From: Octopus sinensis | Lineage: Eukaryota | Direction of reading: 5' to 3' | DNA: 64,000 nt | NCBI RefSeq assembly: GCF_006345805.1 | Contig: NC_043023.1 | Span: 2,976,001-3,040,000 of the forward strand | Part shown: in pieces, positions 13,750 to 26,844 of the stretch | How positions within the stretch are numbered: the first letter of the stretch is position 1 | How the letters are laid out: each line of letters starts with the position of its first letter | The notes under the pieces: model-generated | The model's input: only the letters and a program-made list of their open reading frames with translations | The model's database searches: none | What the model was told of the DNA's origin: nothing | Made by a program: the position numbers and the translations under genes

Positions 13750-14085
13750 CAAGTTCTACTAAAATCTGACATGGCACAGTTAATGAGGATCTTAGTCTTC
13801 CAAGCTCTCTGCTGTCGGCCAGCTTGTGCTAACATGCTACAACAAAGATATCTTGGACCAAAAGGGAGGCAATCCCAGACTCAAACAGCAAGATCTGGGG
13901 ATTGATATGAGCAATAAAGCCTCATTTCGTGTACATAACTCCAAGATTATGAAAATGTGCAGACAAATGGCCAGATGAATTCTGAGAACTTTCAGAAAAA
14001 AAGACCAGAAAACTATGGTGATTCTAATGGAGGTCATTTGTCCTCAGCCATCTGGACCACTGTTCTCAACTGTGGTCACCCAACA
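13750..14085 (+). mobile_element. CR1/L2-group LINE fragment, frameshifted
   Basis: Translates to DLGIDMSNKASF..H..KI..ILRTF..TMVIL..LSHLDHCSQLWSP, the post-RT region of CR1-group ORF2. Confidence 0.65.
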
Positions 14086-14225
14086 GCAGTGTTTCTCAAC
14101 CTTTTTTCCCTTGTGAAACCCTTAAAATAAATTACATGTCTCAAGGAAACCCCACACAGAAAAAAATCATATACCATATCTTTCTCATAATCTTTTCATC
14201 ATAGTTGACATGGTAAATATCATAT
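14086..14225. mobile_element. hAT-like MITE end fragment
   Basis: CAGTGTTTCTCAACCTTTTT terminus typical of hAT-Charlie-type TIRs; complementary-type ends at ~29962 and ~50522. Confidence 0.4.
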
Positions 14226-14227
14226 GT

Positions 14228-14640
14228 ACTCTTACTGTTTTACTTGTTTCAGTCATGTGACTGTGGCCATGCTGGAGCACCGCCTTTACTCAAGCAAATC
14301 GACCTCAAGACTTATTCTTTGTAAGCCTAGTACTTATTCTATCGGTCTCTTTTGCCGAACCCCTAAGTTAAGGGGATGTGAACACACCAGCATCGGTTAT
14401 CAAGTGATGTTGGGGGGACAAACACAAACACACAAACATATACACACACACATACATACATATACATATATATATATATCATCATAAATATATATATATA
14501 TGACGGCCTTCTTTCAGTTTCCGTCCACCAAATCCACTCACAAGGCTTTGGTTGACCTGAGGCTATAGTAGAAGACACTTGCCCAAGGTGCCACACGGTG
14601 GGACTGAACCCAGAACCATGTAGTTCGTAAACAAGCCACT
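14228..14640 (-). mobile_element. SINE family A
   Basis: Reverse complement of family A from tail to B-box. Confidence 0.9.
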
Positions 14641-14773
14641 CCTCAATTTATTTTCAGTTATTATAGAACACCATCACCATGAACCGCACTCCCATCATCA
14701 TCATCATCATCATCATCAAGCTGTCATCAAAACTTTGACCATCACTACCACCACTGTGAGCAACACAACCCAC

Positions 14774-14804
<31 letters not shown>

Positions 14805-15142
14805 ACGTCGCTGCCACCACCATCACCATCACCATTGGCACCAAAACCATCCTCCTTTCCTGCTGAAAGGTATTTCTCTGTGTTTTTATTACCAATGGTT
14901 GGTCTTGGTTGTTGGCTGAATTTTATTTCTTGCTGTAGAGACAATATGTAATGATGTAGATACCAGCAGAGAATATATATAAATATACACACACATAAAT
15001 ATATATATATATATACACACAAACACATATATATACACACAAACATATATATACACATACACACAAATCTACATATATATACACATACACACAAATCTAC
15101 ATATATATACACATATATATGCATATATACACAAACACATTA

Positions 15143-15183
<41 letters not shown>

Positions 15184-15268
15184 TTACACACCATAGATAC
15201 ACACATACACACACATATACATACACATACACACAAATATATATATAGACACACATATATACACACAA

Positions 15269-15303
<35 letters not shown>

Positions 15304-15971
15304 ATATATACATACTTACAAATCTACATATATACACACACATATATATATGCATGCATAAACATCTGCATATATACACACACATGTATATATATATATA
15401 TATATGTGTATACACATATTTACACACACATAGATACACACATACACACACACATATACATACACACAGATATACACACACACACATATATATATACCCA
15501 CATATATATTAGAAAATGTTTTTATCCCTTAATTGAAATTTACGATAGGATTTCCAAGTAGGGACCAATTCACATTTACAGCCCCTGTTTTATGGTTTGT
15601 GCAGTGATTTTTACCTGACCCTTTCTCTTGTATTTTGTGGGAATCTGTTTTAACAGAACATTTGCTTCTTACCATTTATATTGCTGGCACCAGTTTTAGG
15701 GGTTAGAAGGGGGTGCAACAGGGAAGGGTGAGGGTGTTATGGTGGGATGCCGGTATGATGGTTGTGTGTATGTGTATGTGTGTATGTGGGTATATGTGTA
15801 AATATATCTGTAGATAGACATGTGTATATGTGTGCATATATCTGTGTATGTATATATGTATGTGTGTATATATATATATGTGTGTGTGTGTGTGTATATA
15901 TATAGGTAAATATAACTATGTATACATTATATATATATATATATATATATACATACGTGTATATATATGTC

Positions 15972-16011
<40 letters not shown>

Positions 16012-16061
16012 TATGAAAAAATATATATGTATACATATACACACACATATGCATACATACA

Positions 16062-16113
<52 letters not shown>

Positions 16114-16676
16114 ATATTATATATATATATATATGTTTTTACAAACACACATACACACACAAAGAAACTTTATCTGACCTAAGCAAGAATAAAAAAGATG
16201 TTAAAATGATAAACGATGATAATGAAACACACACACATACATGTATACATATACATACACACACATATACATAAATTCATGTATGTATGTATGCACATAC
16301 GTAAAGAGACAGAGAAGTGAAAGTGAAACTAAGAAAGTACCAGATACACACACATCCACTGTCACATACATGTCTCACTCTCTTTACAGATGTGTCTCTA
16401 TGGTCGCATATATTCTCACCTCTTCCTTTCCCTTCCATACTTCTTCATACATCTGCACCTTTCTCTATCTTACCTTGTACATTCATACACTTGTTGCTTG
16501 TGTCTGTACGTACAACTCCATAAGCATCTACGTACATGAAAATGGGAAAATTAGCCTTTGTACATCAGTGGACGTTCGTCTCCATGTATATGTCTATTTT
16601 TGCATGTATGTATAAACATGCATATATATTATATACATACATATGTGTAAACACACACACACATATAATCATATAG

Positions 16677-16706
<30 letters not shown>

Positions 16707-16709
<3 letters not shown>

Positions 16710-16890
16710 TTTAGCCACTACACACATTTTTTTTCTCTCTCCTTGTTTCTTTCTGTGTCCCTTTCTGTAGAAGAGCATAGGCTCGAAACGTAAAAGACTT
16801 TTTCTATTCCTGAGCGTTATACTAATACATCTGTTTGTTTTGTACACCACCTGTCTTCGCCTTTCATTTTTTTCGTAAACTCTCCCTATA
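16707..16890 (+). mobile_element. Short Penelope-like/HHR element family C in (TA)n, degenerate hammerhead 16761-16796
   Basis: CTTT-CTGTAGAA-GAGC ATAG GCTC-GAAAC-GTA-AAAG; homologous copies at 17870 and 42653. Confidence 0.6.
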
Positions 16891-16892
16891 TA

Positions 16893-17225
16893 TGTAGCTG
16901 AGTAGTTAGAACATCAAGCTTATGATTGTGAGGTTGCAAGTTCGATTCCCGGACCAGGCTGCGTGTTGTGTTCTTGAGCAAGACATTTCATTTCACGTTG
17001 CTCCAGTTCACTCAGCTGGCAAAAATGAGTTGCGACATCATTGGTGCCAAGCTGTATTGGCCTTTGCCTTTCCCTTGAATAACATTGGTGGCGTGGAGAG
17101 AAGAGGCTGGTATGCATGGGCGACTGCTGGCCTTCCAAAACAAACTTGCCCGAACTTGTGCCTCAGAGGGTAACGTTGTAGGTGCAATCTCATGGTCATT
17201 CATGATTGAGGGGGGTCTCCATATG
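16893..17225 (+). mobile_element. tRNA-derived SINE, family D (CORE/V-like central region)
   Basis: TAGCTGAGTAGTTAGA A-box, AGTTCGATTCCC B-box, then CTTGAGCAAGACA..GCTCCAGTTCACTCAGCTG..AAATGAGT. Confidence 0.65.
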
Positions 17226-17350
17226 TATTTTACAGACAAGGAGTAGCTGTGTGGTAAGAAGCTTGCTTCCCAACCACATGGTTCTGGGAATCGAAACTGC
17301 GATCCTACAACCGTGAGTCCACTGCCATAACAACAGGGCCATTGTGCCTC

Positions 17351-17394
<44 letters not shown>

Positions 17395-17429
17395 CACGCA
17401 CACACACACACAAAGAAATTCAAAATTCC

Positions 17430-17685
17430 TTGTCTTGCAAGTTACTTGGTGACCCTGCTAATGCTGGTGCCACATAAAAAGCATCCAGTCCACACTTTAA
17501 AGTGGTTGGCATTTGGAAGGACATCCAGCCCATTCTGCAGAGTGGTAGGTGTTAGGAAAGGCATCTAGCTGTAAAACCCCTGCCAAAACAGACACAGTAG
17601 CCTGGGGTAGTCTTCTACCTGGCTGGCTCCTGTCAACCGTCCTACCCATGCATGCATAGAAGACAGGTGTTAAACGATGATGATG
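17430..17685 (+). mobile_element. Retroelement 3' tail (RTE-associated type) ending in (GAT)n
   Basis: GTGGTTGGCATTTGGAAGGACATCCAGC..GTTAAACGATGATGATG; the same tail occurs inverted at 19049-19300. Confidence 0.55.
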
Positions 17686-17869
17686 GAAAAAAGTTGCCAG
17701 CAGGCAGCTACAGGAGTTGAACCTGTATCCCTCAGATACTGGCTGATTGCTCTCTAACCATTAAGCTAAACATCCTCTGACAACAATTACTGTCAATTTT
17801 AATGCTAAATGGTAGCTTTCTGAATGTGACAACATTTCATAAACAAACTTTGTATAACGTGCAAGAAAT

Positions 17870-17958
17870 AAAACACTCTTTAATGTTTCGAGCCTACGCT
17901 CTTCCACAGAAAGGAACACAGAAAAAGCCAGGAGAGAAAATTAAGAATGTGTAGTAGC
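17870..17958 (-). mobile_element. HHR element family C fragment (degenerate core)
   Basis: Minus strand CTTT-CTGTGGAA-GAGC GTAG GCTC-GAAAC-ATT-AAAG at 17878-17913. Confidence 0.55.
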
Positions 17959-18725
17959 TGTGGTAAGTAGCTTGCTTACCAACCACATTCAACAGGTTCA
18001 GCCCCATTGCGTGACACCTTGAGCAAGTGTCTTCTACTATAACCTCGGGCTGACCAAAGCATTGTGAGTGGACTTGGTAGAGGGAAACTGAAAGAAGCCT
18101 GTCGTATACAAATATATATGTGTGTGCGTGTGTGTGTGTGTGTATATGCTTGTGTGTCTGTGTTTGTCCCCCCACTATTGTTTGGCAACTGATGTTGGTG
18201 TGTTTACGTCCACATAACTTAGCGGTTTGGCATAAGAGACCAATATAATAAGTACTAGGCATATCTCTCTCTATATAAACGGCAGTTTGTCTGTGCGTTT
18301 TCTGTGTGTCTGTTTTCTCGTACCCTCACTCTGACCACGGCTTTCAACCGATTCTGATGAAACTTGACACACACATAGCCCAATGTCATAATTCAAAACT
18401 AACGCAGCGAAAATTTTGAAAAGTTCCCCCAGTTCTGAAAAAAATCGATAAATTCGACATGGGGTCGAGAATCAGAAACCCAAACCACAGACCGTCTAGG
18501 GGACGCAACTTACCTTTTTAACTCTCAAAAAAAATTACCATCATTTTTTTCCCATTTTTTTGCTATTTTTTGGCTATAACTCTCTAAAATGCTTTATAGT
18601 TATTTCCCTTACAAACCTGAGCAACGCCGGGCGATACTGCTAGTAAAGAATAAGTCTTGGGTATCGATTTGTTCAACTAAAGGTGGTGCTCCAGCATGGC
18701 CACAGTCAAATATCTTAAACAAATA
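17955..18725 (+). mobile_element. SINE family A interrupted by a Helitron
   Basis: SINE body runs to AGTACTAGGCATA (18263) and resumes TAAAGAATAAGTC (18644). Confidence 0.85.
18264..18643 (+). mobile_element. Non-autonomous Helitron
   Basis: Starts TC, ends CCTGAGCAACGCCGGGCGATACTGCTAG, inserted at A|T with no TSD. Confidence 0.85.
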
Positions 18726-19048
18726 AAGGCTCACTGCCTGTTGCACAGACAAAACCGGAGGAAAGACATGCTGCCATTGTGATGAAGTGGATGCGGGAAG
18801 GAGGAGGAGGAGACCACTATCTTGTGACAAGATGCAAGAGCAATACAGATGGAATCCTATGAGGGAAAAAAATTTTATTTCATACTTATATTTTTTATAC
18901 TTTTATACTTTTAATATTTTTTGAGTTTTATTATTTTCACCGTTTTAGTTCCTATTTGCATGCATAGATTTATTCCATGTTTTTTCCCTCATACAATTCC
19001 GTCTGTACGGCTCTTGCAGGTTTTATCACTTTTGTATGTGTGTGTATA

Positions 19049-19300
19049 TCATCATCATCATCATCATCATCATCATCGTTTAACGTCCGTTTTCCGCGCT
19101 AGCACGGGTTGGACGGTTTCGACCGGGGTCTGGGGAGCTAGGGACTGCCCCAGGCTCCAGTCTAGTCTGGCAGTGTTTCTACAGCTGGATGCCCTTCCTA
19201 ACGCCAACCACTCCGCGAGTGTAGTGGGTGTTTTTTACATGCCACCTGCACAGGTGCCAGAGGGGTCTGGCATCGGCCACGTTCGGATGGTGCTTTTTAT
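19049..19300 (-). mobile_element. Retroelement 3' tail (RTE-associated type) with (CAT)n
   Basis: (CAT)n-CGTTTAACGTCC..CTGGATGCCCTTCCTAACGCCAACCAC. Confidence 0.6.
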
Positions 19301-19576
19301 GTGGGGGGGGGATGCAGAAATATAGGGGAGCACCAGTGGGGAGGGGTGGTTCAGAGAAATGATGACAGGTTCTAGGCAAGTAGAACGTAGGATATCAAGA
19401 GAGGGGTAATGCATGGTGAAATAGCGTATTGAAGAGGGGTTCGAAGAGTAGACACCTATAATGGTGGTGGGAGAAGCGACATCCGGTATAGATGGAGCAA
19501 AAATATAGAGATATCCGGTATTGATATATATATATATATTATATATATATATATATATATATTCATATATATATAT

Positions 19577-19720
19577 ACTCTTTTTACTCTTTTACTTGTT
19601 TCAGTCATTTGACTGTGGCCATGCTGGAGCACCGCCTTTAGTCGAGCAAATTGACCCCAGGACTTATTCTTTGTAAGCCTAGTACTTATTCTATTGGTCT
19701 CTTTTGCTGAACCGTTAAGC
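19577..19720 (-). mobile_element. SINE family A, 3' fragment
   Basis: Tail match. Confidence 0.85.
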
Positions 19721-19886
19721 TAGTGGAAGCAAAGCTCTTATTTAAAGGTTGATTCTTTGGGACAAATCATATGTGAGTATTTAAAAAAGGCTAGAATGAC
19801 AATGCTAAAACCTATTTGAAACAATGGACAGCAGTAGAAATATCATAATGGCTGGGTAAAGAAGCATCCTTAAAGTGAAACAACAT

Positions 19887-20293
19887 AGGCGCAGGAGTGG
19901 CTGTGTGGTAAGTAGCTTGCTAACCAACCACATGGTTGCGGGTTCAGTCCCACTGCGTGGCATCTTGGGCAAGTGTCTTCTGTTATAGCCCCGGGCCGAC
20001 CAATGCCTTGTGAGTGGATTTGGTAGACGGAAACTGAAAGAAGCCTGTCGTATATATGTATGTATATATATATATATGTGTGTGTGTGTGTTTGTCCCCC
20101 TAGCATTGCTTGACAACCGATGCTGGTGTGTCTACGTCCCCGCCACTTAGCGGTTCGGCAAAAGAGACCAATAGAATAAGTACTGGGCTTACAAAGAATA
20201 AGTTCCGGGGTCGATTTGATCGACTAAAGGCGGTGCTCCAGTATGGCCGCAGTCAAATGACTGAAACAAGTAAAAGAGTAAAGAGTAAAAGAG
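19887..20293 (+). mobile_element. SINE family A (full length)
   Basis: Complete head, internal TA/TG tract, tail with (AAAAGAGT)n. Confidence 0.92.
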
Positions 20294-21816
20294 TATCAAA
20301 GGTAAAAAAAAAAAGGTGTCAACAATCAGAAGAGAGGGAAGGGAACATCACCTTTCAAGTAACTCAGAATAGGTAAAGGTAAGCTTACCAAAGTTTAATG
20401 CAGTTTTAATATGTAGATTAAGATAGTTTGGTATTGGATATTCATCACGTATAGTTTTCCTAGTCACCGTTGTAAGTAGACAGCAGAAATAAATAAACAG
20501 ACGAAATCCCTTCACTTTTATAAAAAGATTAAAAAGAAAATGAGGGCAAAAAGCACTCGTTTTTTCACAATCAAAAATCGTTTCCTAGTAGCCAGAATTT
20601 CGCGACAAAATGTATGATTATTTAGCACAACAGCCTGCAGTGCATGCCGCTGGGCATTAAAAGCCAATCACACAAACCTAGAGGGGCTCTGGGCCCCCTT
20701 GAATCGATAGAAAATCACTCTTTTTGCTATAGCAAACACATCTTTATAGCTTGCGAATTTTAACCATCGTGGGTCTCATCCTCACCCTGCATTTAGTATC
20801 CCTGCCAATTTTCTGCTCGATCCTACCCTCGGTTTGGTCGCCATTAACCGTCAAAGTAAAATGTGCCTACAATTTTCGTCCAAGGACTGTTTTATAGATA
20901 TAGATAAACATAGATAAAAACATAGGTGGATAACTATTAGATAGATAGATAGCTAGTTAATGAGATAAATTCATAGATAGCCAGATATTCATAGATATAT
21001 TAGATAAATATATAGATAGATAGAAAGATAAATGGCTAATTTACCAGATAAATTCATAGGTAGACAGATATTCATAGATAGATAGATATGTAGATAGATA
21101 CATACATAGATGGATAAATAGTTAGATAGATAGTTTGGAGGTAAGCTCACTACATAGATAGACAGACAGATCTATAGATTAAGAAAGAGTGACTATGAAA
21201 TATGAGTGATTATGAAAGATGATAGCAAAATATGAGATTTAAAACATAGATTGATATATAGATGAAGACAGAGGGAGAGGAGAAGAAGAAAAAGCAAATC
21301 AAGAGAGAAAGAGAGAGAGATGGACAGGAGAAGAATGAAAGAGGAAATTGAGAAAGAGAGAGAGAGGGTGGTGGTAGTTGTGGTGGTGGGAAATGAAAAA
21401 TAAATTCATCAACATTGAATGACTAAATTCAGAAGTTTGAAAAGTCAAAAAAAAAAAAATAAATAAAAGAATTAAGAAAAAAAAAATCCAAAGACAATTC
21501 CACAAAAAACACCAACACAAACACAGAAAAAAAAAGACGTAAAGCAGACGTAAAACAAAACAGAAATCTTAATCCAGATTTTGACTGGAAATTGATTATT
21601 AATCAGATTAATGGAGAAATTAAAGACACAAACATAAGAAAAAATATTACGTATTATAAAATGCTGGCATGGCTGCGTGGTTAAGATGTTCAATTTGTGT
21701 TTTCTGGTTTCAGGTTCAATCCGATTGCAAGGCAGCATCTTGGATAAGAGTCTTCTATTATAACTTCTGGATGACCAATGAGTTGTGAGTGAATTTGGTA
21801 GACAGAAACTAGGTGG

Positions 21817-22527
21817 AAGGTGAGCGAGCTGGCAGAAACATTAGCATGCCGGGTGAAATGAGTAGTGGGATTTCGTCTGCTGCTACATTCTGAGTTCAAA
21901 TTCCGCTGAGGTCAACTTTGCCTTTCATCCTTTCAGGGTCAATAAATTAAGTACCAGTTACGCACAGCAGTTGATGTAATTGACTTAATCCCTTTGTCTG
22001 TCCTTGTTTGTCCCTTCTATGTGTAGCCCCCTGTGGGCAATAAAATAATAAGAAACGTTAGCACACCGGGCGAAATGCTTAGTGATATTTCATCTGTCTT
22101 CTTTAGTTTAAAAAGAAAAAAAAAATAATTAAGGCGACGAGCTGGCAGAATTGTTAGCACACCGGGCAAAATGCTGAATGGGATTTCGTCTGTTTTTACG
22201 TTCTGAGTTCAAATTCCGCCAAGGTCGACTTTCGGGGTTGATTAAATAAGTACAGTTACACACTGGGGTTGATGTAATCGACTTAATCCCTCTTGCTGTC
22301 CTTGTTTGTCCCCTCTGTGTGTAGCCACTTGTGGGCAGTAAAGAAATAGGTATTTCATCTGCCATTATGTTCTAAGTTCAAATTCCGCCGAAGTTGAGTG
22401 TGCCTTTCATCCTTTCAGGGTCAGTAAATTAAGTACCAGTTACACACTGGGGTAGATGTAATCGATTTAATCTGTCCTTGCTTGTCACCTCTATGTTTAG
22501 CCCCTTGTGGGCAGTTAAGAAATAAGA
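21817..22527 (+). mobile_element. Cluster of ~3 tandem SINE family C copies (MetaSINE-like core)
   Basis: GAGCTGGCAGAA..GAGTTCAAATTCCGC head and GTCAACTTTGCCTTTCATCCTTTCAGGGTC..AAATTAAGTACCAG core repeated at ~21817, 22131 and 22350; superfamily name from recall only. Confidence 0.75.
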
Positions 22528-22539
22528 AACTACATGGAA

Positions 22540-22760
22540 GCCCAGTTTATGTGTCACCGGCATGTCTGAGTTTTATATGTCACTGGCACTATGATTTCAC
22601 TGAGCTTGACGTGTCTTCTCCAGCTCAGCAAATCCTGCCAAAAGTCTTGGACACTTGTCATCACCTCCATGAGACTCAACATCCAAAGATCATGCTTCCC
22701 CATCCCATCCCACATCTTCTTGGGTCTACCTCTTTCACAGTGAAATATCAATGTCTGCTG
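22540..22760 (-). mobile_element. RTE LINE 3' coding remnant
   Basis: ORF 22554-22751 CERGRPKKMWD..KHDL..L..MTS..DFW resembles the RTE ORF C-terminus (RGRP.K.W motif). Confidence 0.6.
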
Positions 22761-22785
22761 TTCTTGTTTACTTATATATAGAGTA

Positions 22786-23137
22786 CTAGCAGTATCGCCT
22801 GACGTTGCTCAGGTTTGTTTCAACCCTTTGGAATTGGAATTTTTGAAAAGTAAAAATTTTGCATTATGTAGCTCTTTAAGTGAACATTTTTCTGGTTGAA
22901 ATACACTGAAAAATGACGACACAGCAGTCAAAAAATCGTAAAAAATTTTTGATGTAAATAATTTTTGGTGTTAACATGGTCCGATTTGAATTTTTTCTTC
23001 TGTGGAAAGAAGAGCAAGCCTTCTTCTATCATACTCTCAATTTTGGTCAACTTGCACTGCAGGGTCTCGGAAGAGATGGTGTTAGTTGAAGGCTACCAAA
23101 CCTGCCATACACAGACAACTTCAGCTTTATATATAGA
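22786..23137 (-). mobile_element. Non-autonomous Helitron
   Basis: CTAG at 22786 with hairpin CCTGACGTTGCTCAGG; 5' TCTATATATAAAG end at 23137. Confidence 0.8.
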
Positions 23138-23138
23138 T

Positions 23139-23169
<31 letters not shown>

Positions 23170-23179
23170 TATATATATA

Positions 23180-23387
23180 CTAGCAGTATCGCTAGGCGTT
23201 GCTCGGGTTTGTTTTGACCCTTTAGAATTGAAATTTTTGAAAAGTAAAAATTTTGCATTATGTAGCTTGTTATTCTCTTTAAGTGAACATTTTTCTGGTT
23301 GAAATACACCGAAAAATGGCAACACAGCAGTCAAAAAATTGTAAAAAATAGGGATTTTCATAGAAAAAAAGCACCTTTTTGATGTAA
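23180..23387 (-). mobile_element. Helitron 3' partial copy (same subfamily as 22786)
   Basis: Near-identical ~200 bp beginning CTAGCAGTATCGC. Confidence 0.8.
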
Positions 23388-23754
23388 GCAACATATGACA
23401 AATGATTGCCTTTATGGAGACCAGCCCAAAGTTGGTAAGAAGTTCAGGCAACAATCCATATTCAGGGACCTTTTGAGTGGGATGAGCTACTCAATCAGAA
23501 GAAAATTCTAACTGGGCCTCACCTGCAAGGTCATGTGCTGTTTATCTTGATATGAGATCACCATGTTGTGCACATATGGTTGTGATGCATGTGCCTAGTG
23601 TACCCTTATCAGACGGGTAGTCATGATGGGTATACTGGGCTTTGTATATTTTAACCCGGTGTCATTTTGATGGCATGCACTGCTCTCTCACTCAATAATA
23701 ATAACATTGAAAAATACCTTAAGAATGAGAATCCAGGTTCAAAATTTCCCCCAA

Positions 23755-23800
23755 GACACCTGATGAAGGCTGGAGGGTATATCAGCCGAAACGTTATGTT
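23755..23800 (+). ncRNA. Minimal type I hammerhead ribozyme motif
   Basis: GACAC-CTGATGA-A-GGCTG(GAGGGTATAT)CAGCC-GAAAC-GTT-ATGTT; helix III reduced to the palindrome AACGTT; one mismatch in helix I. Confidence 0.65.
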
Positions 23801-23914
23801 AACAACAAACAAGATGAGGACAAATATCCGTCAAATGTAAATAATGTATATAATTCCTCATGTCTTAAATATAGAACTGTGCAGCGTGTAGGTGTTGACT
23901 GGATAGATAGATAT

Positions 23915-24260
23915 GTTTCTTTATTAGCCACACAGGGCTGCACATAGACGGGACAAATTACAAGGTAGAGCTTTTCGTTTTAGGGATAAAAAAGGGGGGT
24001 TTGGTTTTCGATCAAAAGGGATCGTAAAAGGAAAGAAAGAGGAAAGCAAAGCAAAAAAAAGGGGGGGGGGATAAAAAATAAAAGGAAAAAGAATAAATTG
24101 ATCGATAGGGATCGTTATCACAGAAATGTCAATATAAAGTGTAAAGGGGAGGACAGGTGAGGTTTACCCGTGGAAAGAAAAGCCTACGGAAAAGATCACG
24201 GTAACCTCGGTCAATGAAGTCATATGTTATATTTTTTTTACAAATAAGCAACTCTCCTTA
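23915..24260 (-). mobile_element. Probable LINE 3' UTR fragment, unclassified
   Basis: Minus strand ends AATAAAGAAAC, running into a TCTA microsatellite; pyrimidine-rich UTR-like body. Confidence 0.35.
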
Positions 24261-25373
24261 GACAGATAGACAAACAGACAGACAGATAGATAGAGTATAT
24301 AGATGTTGAATGGAGAGACAAATACAGTGTGTAGATGTTGACTGGTTAAATAGTGTAGGATAAAGAGTTAGTCAGTTAAACAGCCATCTATCTATCTATC
24401 TGTCTATCTATCTAATTATCTATCTACCTATCCGTCTATCTATCTGTCTGTCTATCTACCTATCCGTCTATCTATCTGTCTGTCTATCTATCTATCTATA
24501 TCGATCTATCTATCTATCTATCTATATCGATCTATCTATCTATCTATATCGATCTATCTATCTATCTATCTACCTATCCATCTATCTATCTATCTGCCTA
24601 TCCATCTATCTATCTATCTATGTCTGTCTACCTATCTATCTATCTATCTATCTGTCTATCTATCTGTTTGTCTGTCTGTCTATCTATCATTCAAATTTCT
24701 TTTACTCTCTTTCTTTATCATTCTAGTGAAATAGATGGCCGGATGATGGGTAAAGGACAGACAGACAGACAGACAGATAGATAGATAGGTATACACGGTA
24801 CACAAATAATTAGGCCCATATAGATAACGATCTGACAACAACTCCATTTATCATTCAAGTAGGTTTTTGGAAACCTTTTGAGTGAGTGTAAAATCAAAAT
24901 CTTCTGCTAAGGACATTTTCAGCCCAGCCCCTCTCCTCCCCGCCATGAACACGCGTGCATAGTGTGACCCCCTAAGATAAAACTTGAACCTGTGACCTAT
25001 ATGGATCTCTAGAATAAAATCAAATGAATGAAAAACCTGGTTTTGAAACTAATTCATACTAAAATCCGGAATCTGGTTAATTCGGATTCACCTTTTACCG
25101 TTTACAAGAAGGTTTTTCATTATGGCGATGCGGCCTGCCTGATAAAACGAACTATAAAAGTATAGAACTCATTGAAAAATTTCAGTGAAATTTCCTCAGC
25201 GTTGGCAGATGGCATTTACGGAACGATTCCTTGACCAAATTTCACAAACAGAAACTGGCTTTAATCTTTTGCTGACATTTCCGTAGCGAATTACGGAAAG
25301 GTTAAAGATTATATCGTTTTAAAGATGGCGGTCACGTAGGTTTGTACGTAGATATGTAGGTACACACAAACGG

Positions 25374-25416
<43 letters not shown>

Positions 25417-26010
25417 ATATATATACACACACGTGTGTATTTAGATAGATAGATGTATAAGTACGTATGTACGTGTGAAAGGATGGATAGAAGATTGAAT
25501 GGGTGGACAGATGAATGAATTAATGAACGCTTGAACGGATAGAAAGATGGATGGATGAATAAATAAATAAAACGAACAATAACATGAATGAATGAATGGA
25601 TGATAATAAAAAATGAAAAAAAAGAGAGGCTTTTTGTGTGTCCTTGGCTTTTCTCCCTCATCTCACTTCAGCTCGCTTCGCCATAATGGTCTGTGGTTCT
25701 ATGAATGGTATAGATTTGAATGCATGTCGTCTGCCTGCATGTGTGTCGGTGTCAGGGTGTTTTGAGCCGACATCGGTTAATTGACAATCAAACTGCGATC
25801 AAACCACATCGTCTTTTCTTCATTTTCTTTCCATCTCGTATTGAATACTAATTCCAAAAACGGCACTAAATTCATAGATACAATTTCTTGTATTTATCAT
25901 TTATTCCCGAATACAGATTCTCAGACGACTATATATATGTGTGTATCTATACATACATATATGGTGTCTTTAATCATCTGCGAGAACGATAGACTATATA
26001 TATATATATT

Positions 26011-26220
26011 TTCTAGTTTCAGCTCAGAGCTGTGTCCATGCTGGAGCACCGCCGTTTTGCTACACTGTTATTACTAAGAGCCTCCTCAAATATGAGACAC
26101 TTGGGGAAGCATGGAGTTTGATATAGCTACCCTCATTTACACCTCGTCATGAAGTAGGTTCATCTGGGACTTTCGACAGGAAGAGGTCCAGCTTTGATTT
26201 AAAAACCCCTACATCTACTT
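26011..26220 (-). mobile_element. CR1-group LINE extreme 3' end sharing its tail with SINE family A
   Basis: Minus strand encodes VDVGVFKSKLDLFLSKVPDEPTS, followed by GGCGGTGCTCCAGCATGGACACAGCTCTGAGCTGAAACTAGAA. Confidence 0.75.
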
Positions 26221-26658
26221 AGTAGATATATATATTATGTGTATACAATACACGTTTCGGCACCACATTTTGCAGTTCAAACAGGAGATTTAGGAATAAA
26301 CCAAACTGGTCGCTCATAGTACATTCCCATTACATTATGTCAATTGACGAAATATTTTCTGTATGTGTGCGTATATATACACTCCTGTCACAACCTGGGA
26401 CCTTGAAGACTGCTTTAATGCAAAAAAGTACACTAGTCCCTTAATATTCGACATTCAATATTTCATCTATTCAATAAGACATTACTTCATTTCATTTTGC
26501 TATATATTCTATATTCTACATTAATATTCTAAAGAATGTAAATAAAACATAAAAAAACAGAGTTCGAATTTCTTTGAATAATATATCTCCCTCTATATAC
26601 AATCATATAAACCCCTTTTTATTTATACACACACACACATATATATATACACACACAA

Positions 26659-26691
<33 letters not shown>

Positions 26692-26790
26692 CAAACACAC
26701 ACATATATATATATACACAAACACACACACATATATATATATACACACACATACACACATATATATATACACACACATACATATATATAT

Positions 26791-26834
<44 letters not shown>

Positions 26835-26844
26835 CAACAATTGA

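Noticed and set aside
20455-20905. Possible further Helitron ending TTATAGATATAGAT
   Set aside because: No subterminal hairpin plus CTAG found at the other end
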